From the NCBI GenBank assembly GCA_036375695.1, contig DASVBU010000025.1:1879-65878 (forward strand): DNA of 64,000 bases, read 5' to 3'. The notes beneath the pieces were generated by a model, which saw nothing but the letters and a program-made list of their open reading frames with translations, did no database searches and was not told where the DNA came from. Source of the stretch: Acidimicrobiia bacterium. GTDB lineage: Bacteria; Actinomycetota; Acidimicrobiia; Spongiisociales; ZC4RG35. Made by a program: the position numbers and the translations under genes. Shown one piece after another: positions 57,786 to 64,000 of this stretch (its first letter is position 1; every line of letters begins with the position of its first letter).

Positions 57786-60256
57786 GCGTCCCCATCGAAT
57801 CCACCCGCATGGATCGGCTCCGCCAGAAATGGCGGATGGTGGTGCGCGAGGCGAGAGAGAAGAACCGATGGCGGAAGATCATCCGGTTCCGGCTCTGGAT
57901 GCCCATCGTCCTCCAGACGATCTTCGTCATCGGCCTGGCTCTCTACACCAACTCACGGTTCCCGGGCTTCCTCAACGCCAACAACATCAAACAGCTGCTC
58001 ATTCTGGCGCTGCCTCTGATCGTCTCCGCGATCGCCCAGACCCATGCCCTCCTGGTCGGTTACATCGACCTGTCGGTGGGTGCGATGATCAGTCTCGGTG
58101 TGGTGATCGCCTCGTTCCAGATAGGGGCCTCGGCCACACCGGGCCAGATCTTCATCGGGATGGCCCTGATCCTCGGGTGTGCCGTGGCGCTCGGCCTGGT
58201 CAACTCTCTGCTCATCCGGGGCGCCAAGATCCCTTCGATCATCGTGACGCTGGCCACGATGAGCATCCTCAACGGTTTCTCGCTCAACATGCGCCCGTCG
58301 GCGCAGGGCGTGATCAGCCCGACCCTGGTGGGCTGGCTGACGGCGTCGGTGGGCCCGATCCCGATCGCTTTCATCGTCGTCGCCCTCGGCGCGGCGGCAC
58401 TCGACGCCTGGCTTCATGGATCGGGGTCGGGTCTCGAGCTGCGGGCGGTCGGTTACGACGACCGGGCGGCGCGGCGGAGCGGCGTGCGCACCACCTGGAT
58501 CCGGGTCAGAGCCCTCCTCCTCAGCGCCATCCTCGCCGCGGTGGCCTCGTTCCTGGTCATGGCCCGGTCTCCGATCGGCAACGCCCAGATCGGCGACACC
58601 TTCGCCCTGTCCAGCATCACGGCGGCGGTCCTCGGCGGCGCCTCCCTCGCCGGCGGCCGAGCGACGTTCATCGGCTCCACCGTGGCCTCGATCCTCCTCG
58701 CGCTGATCCTCACGGTCCTGCCCTACCTGGGCCTCTCCAACACCGACGGGCTGATGATCATCGGGGCGCTGGTGCTCCTCGGCGTGATCCTCTTCCAGGT
58801 GGGCGACCTCAAGGAGCTGGTGAAGCGGAACTACAAGCGGGCCCGCCGCCTCGTCATCGGGTCCCGCCCGCCCAAGCCGGTGCAGCTCCCGGTGTTCTTC
58901 CCCGAGGGAACCGCCGTCCAGGTGATGTCCAATGGCCGGAAGCTGATCAAGGGCGGGACGGTGCTCAGCCTCGACCCGCAGGTTGGTGACTTCGCCCAGG
59001 GTGACGTGCTCATCGAAGGCTCCAAGATCGTGGCGGTCGGTCCCGGGCTCAACGGCTCGATGGGGGGCACCGAGGTCATCGACGCCACCGGGATGATCGT
59101 GATGCCCGGGTTCGTCGACACCCACCGGCACATCTGGGAAGGGCTGCTCCGCAACATCGGCACCGACGTGCCATTGGAGGGTCGCACCTCCTACATCACC
59201 TTCGTGCTCCACAAGCTGGCGCCGGCGTTCCGCCCCGAGGACGCGTACGTCGGGAACCTGGTCTCCGCATTGGGGGCCATCGACGCCGGGATCACGACTC
59301 TGCTCGACTGGTCCCATATCCAGGGGTCTCCGGCGCACACCGACGCAGTGGTCCAGGCCTTGAGGGACTCCGGGATGCGGGCGGTGTTCGCCTACGGGTT
59401 CCCCTGGTGGGGCAAGTGGGAGGAGAGGCAGCCGTCCTGGTTCGTCCGTTGCGCCACGGAGCACTTCTCCACCAAGGACCAGCTCCTCACACTGGCCCTC
59501 GCCGCGCCGGGCCCCGAGTTCACCGACTTCGAGGTGACCCGGGACCACTGGAAGCTGGCCCGGGAGACCGAGGCACGCATAACCACACATGTCGGGGTCG
59601 GGACGTACGGCCAGGAGAGGAAGGTGCAGCGATTCGGCGAGGCAGGTCTGCTCGGCCCGGACACGACCTACATCCACTGCACCACGCTCAACGACACCGA
59701 GATCCAGATGATCGTGGACACGGGCGGGACCGTCTCCCTGGCCTCGCCGGTGGAGATGATGATGGGGCACGGCATGCCCCCGATCCAGAAGTTCCTCGAC
59801 CGCGGCCTATCGCCCAGTCTGAGCGTCGACGTCGAGACCAACGTCCCGGCCGACATGTTCAACCAGATGCGCAACGTTCTCGCCTTGCAGCGGTCGATCG
59901 CCGCCGAGTCGGGCAAGCCGATGGCGACACCACGGGACGTCCTGACCTGGGCCACGGTCGAGGGCGCCCGCGCCAACGGCCTTGACCACAAGACGGGGAC
60001 CCTGACGCCGGGCAAGGAGGCGGACCTGATCATGCTCCGGACCGACCGTCTCAACGCCACGCCGATCAACGACCCGGCCGCTGCCGTGGTGCTCGGGATG
60101 GACACCTCGAACGTCGACACGGTGGTCATCGCCGGGCGGGTGATGAAGCGGAACGGGCGCCTGCTCCGTGTCGACTGGAAGGCCGTCCGGGAGGCCGCGC
60201 TCGCGGCCCGGGATCACGTCATCGAGCGATCCGGCTTCAAGCTGCCCAAGATCTGA
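57782..60256 (+). CDS. single reading frame encoding CUT2 ABC permease 2 (about 360 aa) fused to an intact amidohydrolase (about 443 aa)
   Basis: ATG 57782 (ATGA overlap with the ATPase stop). The permease part contains VGYIDLSVGAM. No stop codon occurs before the amidohydrolase part (MSNGRKLIKGGTVLSLD from ATG 58925), which has PGFVDTHRH at 59111-59131, ITTHVG, YIHCTT and SVDVET. The upstream part of the 1231-aa ORF-track frame (56561-57781) is rejected. Confidence 0.7.
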   Translation: MSVPIESTRMDRLRQKWRMVVREAREKNRWRKIIRFRLWMPIVLQTIFVIGLALYTNSRFPGFLNANNIKQLLILALPLIVSAIAQTHALLVGYIDLSVGAMISLGVVIASFQIGASATPGQIFIGMALILGCAVALGLVNSLLIRGAKIPSIIVTLATMSILNGFSLNMRPSAQGVISPTLVGWLTASVGPIPIAFIVVALGAAALDAWLHGSGSGLELRAVGYDDRAARRSGVRTTWIRVRALLLSAILAAVASFLVMARSPIGNAQIGDTFALSSITAAVLGGASLAGGRATFIGSTVASILLALILTVLPYLGLSNTDGLMIIGALVLLGVILFQVGDLKELVKRNYKRARRLVIGSRPPKPVQLPVFFPEGTAVQVMSNGRKLIKGGTVLSLDPQVGDFAQGDVLIEGSKIVAVGPGLNGSMGGTEVIDATGMIVMPGFVDTHRHIWEGLLRNIGTDVPLEGRTSYITFVLHKLAPAFRPEDAYVGNLVSALGAIDAGITTLLDWSHIQGSPAHTDAVVQALRDSGMRAVFAYGFPWWGKWEERQPSWFVRCATEHFSTKDQLLTLALAAPGPEFTDFEVTRDHWKLARETEARITTHVGVGTYGQERKVQRFGEAGLLGPDTTYIHCTTLNDTEIQMIVDTGGTVSLASPVEMMMGHGMPPIQKFLDRGLSPSLSVDVETNVPADMFNQMRNVLALQRSIAAESGKPMATPRDVLTWATVEGARANGLDHKTGTLTPGKEADLIMLRTDRLNATPINDPAAAVVLGMDTSNVDTVVIAGRVMKRNGRLLRVDWKAVREAALAARDHVIERSGFKLPKI

Positions 60257-60314
60257 GGCACGCGGCGGGGAGAAATCTCTCGCATCGTCGACCGCCGACC
60301 TGCATGATTCGCCG

Positions 60315-61115
60315 ATGGATCGGCGAAAAGTGCGCATAGCCGCCCAACTGCACCCGCAGCAGGGCGAGTTCGGGTCGCTCCGCGAGGCGGCCGTCGAGGC
60401 CGAGGCCCTCGGATTCGACATCGTCTACACCTGGGACCACTTCTTCCCGCTCTACGGGAACCCGGATGGGGAGCACTACGAGTGCTTCACCACACTGGCA
60501 TCCCTGGCGGAGGCGACGGAGAGGGTCGAGATCGGGCCCCTCGTCGCCTGCAACTCGTATCGAAATCCTCAACTGGTGGCCGACATGGCCCGCACGATCG
60601 ATCACATCTCGGGCGGGAGGTTCATCCTCGGTCTCGGGTCGGGCTGGAAGAAGCGCGACTACGACGAGTACGGATACGAGTTCGGGACCAAGGGTTCGAG
60701 GCTGCGGGATCTCGAGCGGAACCTGCCGGTCATCGAGAGCCGTCTGGCGGCCCTCAACCCGCCGCCCGTTCGTCGCATGCCGATCCTCATCGCCGGCACG
60801 GGCGAGACGATCACACTCCGGTTGGTCGCCCGGCATGCCGACTCCTGGCACGCGTCGTTCCCGGACCATCCAGACGAACTGGTGCCCAAGGTCGAGGCCC
60901 TGCTCCGTTGGTGCGAGGTCGAAGGGAGGGACCCCGCCGATGTCGAATGGGGCCTGGGCGTGGAGCCCTACGACCTGTCTCGGTTCCTCGACGAGGACGC
61001 CGAGACCTATCTGGAGATGGGTTTCACCCAGTTCACCCTCGGCTTCGACGGACCCGGCTGGGACGTGTCGAAAGGGCGCGACTGGCTCGTCTGGAGGGAC
61101 TCGATCAGCGCCTGA
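60315..61115 (+). CDS. LLM-class F420-dependent oxidoreductase
   Basis: ATG 60315 gives MDRRKVRIAAQLHPQQ...YTWDHFFP...GGRFILGLGSGW. Confidence 0.82.
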   Translation: MDRRKVRIAAQLHPQQGEFGSLREAAVEAEALGFDIVYTWDHFFPLYGNPDGEHYECFTTLASLAEATERVEIGPLVACNSYRNPQLVADMARTIDHISGGRFILGLGSGWKKRDYDEYGYEFGTKGSRLRDLERNLPVIESRLAALNPPPVRRMPILIAGTGETITLRLVARHADSWHASFPDHPDELVPKVEALLRWCEVEGRDPADVEWGLGVEPYDLSRFLDEDAETYLEMGFTQFTLGFDGPGWDVSKGRDWLVWRDSISA

Positions 61116-61359
61116 CCGGGGTCCGACGAGGTCGCGAAACTTTTCGAGCGATCCGGTTTGCCCGACCCGGTGGCATGGTCTACCTTGCCGTCACCGGATC
61201 GGGGGAAACCCCGAACCGGGACGGACTCCACCGAGAGGTGGATCCGGAACCCGGATGGTGGAACCGCCTTAGGGATTGGGAGCACGATCCGGGTCGAAGA
61301 CCCCGAGGGGGTGATGACTTCGGTCGCCACTCACTCGGGGTCTCTCGCGTTCCGGCGTC
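61116..61359 (+). ncRNA. candidate structured non-coding RNA or structured 3' UTR (unclassified)
   Basis: 244-nt spacer between convergent genes. On the + strand it holds a C-GGGG-GAAA-CCCC-G hairpin (61200-61213) and a 9-bp stem with a GAGA loop (61223-61245). It also has an 8-position stem (7 paired, one A/C mismatch) with a UUCG loop (61311-61330) and a CCGGU-GGCA...UGCC-ACCGG hairpin (61167-61197). Strand is inferred from the tetraloop identities. Confidence 0.3.
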
Positions 61360-62307
61360 TCACGCCTCCGATCCGAGAGGCTGCGGGGCGAGGACCCCGA
61401 CCTCGCTGAAGTCCCGCGTGCGGGACAACCACGTCATGGTGGTGATCGTGCCGACCAGCAGAACCACGCCCAGCCACTGCGACGGGGCCAGCGCCCGGTT
61501 GAAGACCACGTAGCCGATGATCGTGGCGGTGATCGGGAAGGCCAGCTCGCCGATCGTGGCAGCCGAAGCGGGCGTCGAACGTAGGCCCCGGTAGTAGAGC
61601 AGAAGTGCCAGCAGACCCGGGACGAGGGCCAGGGCCACCACACCTGCCATCTCTCGTCCGGTCAGGTCGAAGATCGGGGAGTCACCGAGATCAAGGCTCA
61701 TGATCACTGCCGCGGCGGGGAGCCCGATGCCGAACCGCAACGCGGTGAGGGTCTGGAAGCTCAGTTTCGGGGCGAGACGGCGGCCCAGGACGGTCCCCAG
61801 ACCCCACAGGGCCGCCGCACCCAGTGCCAGCAACGCAGGCACCAGCGCCGACACCGAGACGTTGAACGGATCCTGGAACGCGACCAGATAGGCGCCGATC
61901 ACCGCCACCGTCAGGAACAGACCGAATCTGGGGAGGAGCTTCTCCTTGAGGATGAGCCACGCTCCCAGCACTGCGATCAGGGGCTGCATCTTCTGGAGCA
62001 ACAGCGGAGTGGTCGGGTCCCCGTAGGTGAATGCGCGGGTGAACAGCACCGTGGCCAATGCGGAGGCGCCGGCTCCGATCACGAAGGCGGCGAGCCAGTC
62101 ACCGGCATCGAGACGGCGGAGCGCAGCGCGGTCGGTCCAGAGGTAGCGGACGGTGATGACCACCAGCACGAGATGCTCGAGGAAGACGAGCCTCGATGGC
62201 ACCATCTCGAAAGCGAGCCAGTAGCGGAAGAGGGCGTCCGTTCCCCACAGGGACGCCGCGGCGACGACGAAGAGGAATCCGCGCCCATGCTCACGGAGAG
62301 AATTCAT
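61360..62307 (-). CDS. EamA/DMT family transporter
   Basis: 315 aa with about 10 TM segments in two EamA-like halves. Confidence 0.85.
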   Translation of the reverse strand: MNSLREHGRGFLFVVAAASLWGTDALFRYWLAFEMVPSRLVFLEHLVLVVITVRYLWTDRAALRRLDAGDWLAAFVIGAGASALATVLFTRAFTYGDPTTPLLLQKMQPLIAVLGAWLILKEKLLPRFGLFLTVAVIGAYLVAFQDPFNVSVSALVPALLALGAAALWGLGTVLGRRLAPKLSFQTLTALRFGIGLPAAAVIMSLDLGDSPIFDLTGREMAGVVALALVPGLLALLLYYRGLRSTPASAATIGELAFPITATIIGYVVFNRALAPSQWLGVVLLVGTITTMTWLSRTRDFSEVGVLAPQPLGSEA

Positions 62308-62327
62308 CGATCCTTCCTATCTCGAGG

Positions 62328-63314
62328 TCACGACTCCGCCCGGCGGCGCAGCTCCGGAAGAAGCTCCTTGCCCGCCATCTGGAGGATGCGATCGGGATCT
62401 GTGCTGGCGATCTGAACGGCCACGTAGTCGGCCTGGATCTCGGTCACGAGCGGAGTGTATGCCTCGACCAACTCGTCGATCGTCGAGACGATCGTGTATT
62501 TGCCGAGGATCTCGTCACGGTCCATCGCGTCGGCCTCGATCCGCAGCTCCATGGGATCGACCGCTTCGAGGCGGCTCGGCGCCCGCAGACCGCGCATCGA
62601 TCCGAGCGCCTTCCACGCCTCTTCGGCATCTCGAGCGAACACCGTCCACCGGGTCGCCATGACCGTCGTCGGCTTGTCGCCGGACGCGGCCGTGAACGGC
62701 CCGATGACCTTCGTCCTGGTGTCGTCGGGGTCCTTGACGCTGGTGATCAGCCCGTCGGCATGGGTCCCGGCGAAGGCGGCCGACTTTGGCCCCCCGGCGG
62801 CCATCCAGATCGGGATGGGGTGCATGGGGGGGCTGTAGAGGCGAGCCTTGTCGGTGGTGTAGTACTCGCCCCGGAAGTCGAGCTTCTCCCCGGCGAAGAG
62901 GCGGTGGATGATCTCGAGCGCCTCACGCATGCGGGCGATGCGCTCCGAGTAGCCCGGGAAGGGAAAGCCGAGCGGGCCTTCGTTCAGATTCTCGCCGGTG
63001 CCCACTCCCAAGATGAAGCGTCCTCTCGAGAGTCGGTCCGTGGTCGCTGCCGCCTGGGCGATCAGTGCGGGGTGGTAGTGGAAGAGGGGACAGGTGACGC
63101 TGGTGGCGAGCTCGACGCGCGCGGTCCTGGCCGCCACGGCTCCGAGCCAGCCCCATACGAACCCAGCGGCAGATTCGTCGTCCACCCAGGGATGGAAATG
63201 GTCGGACCCGAGGACGACGTCGAAGCCGACCTCCTCGGCGAGAACGGCTTGGTCTACGAGGACCTCGGGCTGGTAGGACTCGTGGCTGCAGAGCCAGGCG
63301 AACTTCTTCGGCAT
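62328..63314 (-). CDS. LLM-class F420-dependent oxidoreductase (G6PDH-family-like)
   Basis: 328 aa with FAWLCSHESYQP, LGSDHFHPW and GRFILGVGTGENLNE. Confidence 0.82.
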   Translation of the reverse strand: MPKKFAWLCSHESYQPEVLVDQAVLAEEVGFDVVLGSDHFHPWVDDESAAGFVWGWLGAVAARTARVELATSVTCPLFHYHPALIAQAAATTDRLSRGRFILGVGTGENLNEGPLGFPFPGYSERIARMREALEIIHRLFAGEKLDFRGEYYTTDKARLYSPPMHPIPIWMAAGGPKSAAFAGTHADGLITSVKDPDDTRTKVIGPFTAASGDKPTTVMATRWTVFARDAEEAWKALGSMRGLRAPSRLEAVDPMELRIEADAMDRDEILGKYTIVSTIDELVEAYTPLVTEIQADYVAVQIASTDPDRILQMAGKELLPELRRRAES

Positions 63315-63362
63315 CGGCCGAGGATATCGCGGGCTCGTCCGGGTCCCGTCGGGCGGGTTCGC

Positions 63363-64000
63363 TCAGTTCTCGAGGGCGCCGTCGGCGAGGTCCTCCCAGA
63401 TGACCTCGCCACCACTGGAGAGATGGACGACGCTGGCGTTGCCGGCCCAGCCTCCGCGCCCGGGCACGACGACGTTGGGGATCTCTGCTGCATCTGCAGA
63501 GATCGCCGCGGCGGAGAAGGTGAGGATCTGCTCCGGGGTCATGTTGGTGCTCAGCCAGGGATCGGACCCTTCCATCAGCGCCGGGATGGCGCCGTAGCCC
63601 TGCGCGGCCACGGCCTGCACCGCACCGAGGAGGAGCATCCCCTGGAACTGGGAGCGGGTGAAGTCGCCACCGGGGACGGTCTTGCGCGGGCGGGCGAACG
63701 CCAGGGCGTTCTTGCCGTTGAGCAATTGCTTGCCGGCCTCGAAATAGGCCTTGGCGTGCTTGTCGTTGATGTCGAAGGGAATGTCGACCTCTATCCCACC
63801 CAAGACTGCGCCAACCATCATCCTGAAACCTTCGAAACCGGTGAGGACGTAGCCCTCCAAGGGCAGACCCGAGACCTGTTTCATCGTCTCGAACATCACG
63901 TCGGGGCCGCCACGCGACAACGCCGCGTTGATCTTGTTTCGGCCGACGCCCGGGATGGGGACGTAGGCATCGCGCGGGATCCCGACGATCCCGCCGGCTC
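63363..64000 (-). CDS. LCP (LytR-CpsA-Psr) family protein, C-terminal part (gene continues beyond window)
   Basis: The frame is open to the window edge. Sequence RDAYVPIPGVGRNKINAALSRGGP...NGKNALAFARPRK...GDFTRSQFQ matches LCP blocks. Confidence 0.8.
   Translation of the reverse strand, partial: AGGIVGIPRDAYVPIPGVGRNKINAALSRGGPDVMFETMKQVSGLPLEGYVLTGFEGFRMMVGAVLGGIEVDIPFDINDKHAKAYFEAGKQLLNGKNALAFARPRKTVPGGDFTRSQFQGMLLLGAVQAVAAQGYGAIPALMEGSDPWLSTNMTPEQILTFSAAAISADAAEIPNVVVPGRGGWAGNASVVHLSSGGEVIWEDLADGALEN

Noticed and set aside
61195-61320. Possible c-di-AMP (ydaO-type) riboswitch, because of CGGGGGAAACC, CCGAACC...ACGGACUCCACC and GGGGGUGAUGAC strings
   Set aside because: The order and spacing of these strings do not match my recollection of the ydaO consensus, and there is no downstream + strand gene to regulate. 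I keep it only as an unclassified RNA candidate pending a covariance-model search.
61158-61409. 83-aa ORF in the convergent spacer
   Set aside because: It has no Shine-Dalgarno, an Arg/Pro/Gly-rich composition, and runs 50 nt into the 3' end of the EamA gene. The region is better explained as structured RNA (see finding).

Overview
High-GC, gene-dense chromosomal segment with actinobacterial hallmarks: Ni-superoxide dismutase with its SodX protease, F420-type LLM oxidoreductases, an LCP protein, KorAB, and the conserved rplY-pth ... mfd-mazG-eno-ftsB-DUF501-ppx gene order. I support about 60 protein genes and one tRNA-Leu(UAA). I saw no rRNA, no CRISPR array and no transposase, integrase or phage genes. 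The first 44 kb is mostly housekeeping: argGH, korAB, metG, deoC with aldehyde dehydrogenases, an Opp/Dpp-type peptide ABC operon, glpK, pgsA, mfd and eno. From about 44.7 to 61.1 kb lies an accessory-looking catabolic block, mostly co-directional and translationally coupled. It holds an XRE-cupin regulator, an SDR, an L-2-hydroxyglutarate-oxidase-like enzyme, a HIBADH-like reductase, a bicupin, an M24-fold enzyme, orphan TPP E1 alpha/beta, two amidohydrolases, a CUT2-type ABC importer and an LLM oxidoreductase. The most unusual observations are these. (1) One ABC permease and an intact amidohydrolase share a single uninterrupted 824-codon frame, while the paralogous amidohydrolase at the other end of the transporter has lost two metal/catalytic ligands. 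(2) A SodX-type NiSOD maturation protease is fused to an HhH-GPD DNA glycosylase, next to a sodN whose Ni-hook has Tyr instead of the usual Pro. (3) A 244-nt convergent intergenic region is packed with GNRA/UUCG-capped hairpins on the + strand and is a candidate structured RNA. (4) A family of intergenic GC-rich hairpin repeats occurs alongside GTAC-type heptamer tandem repeats. Many long ORFs in the track are antisense or out-of-frame artefacts of the high GC content and were rejected. Start codons were refined by eye using RBS and overlap logic and remain provisional. All family assignments are motif recognition by eye, not database searches.
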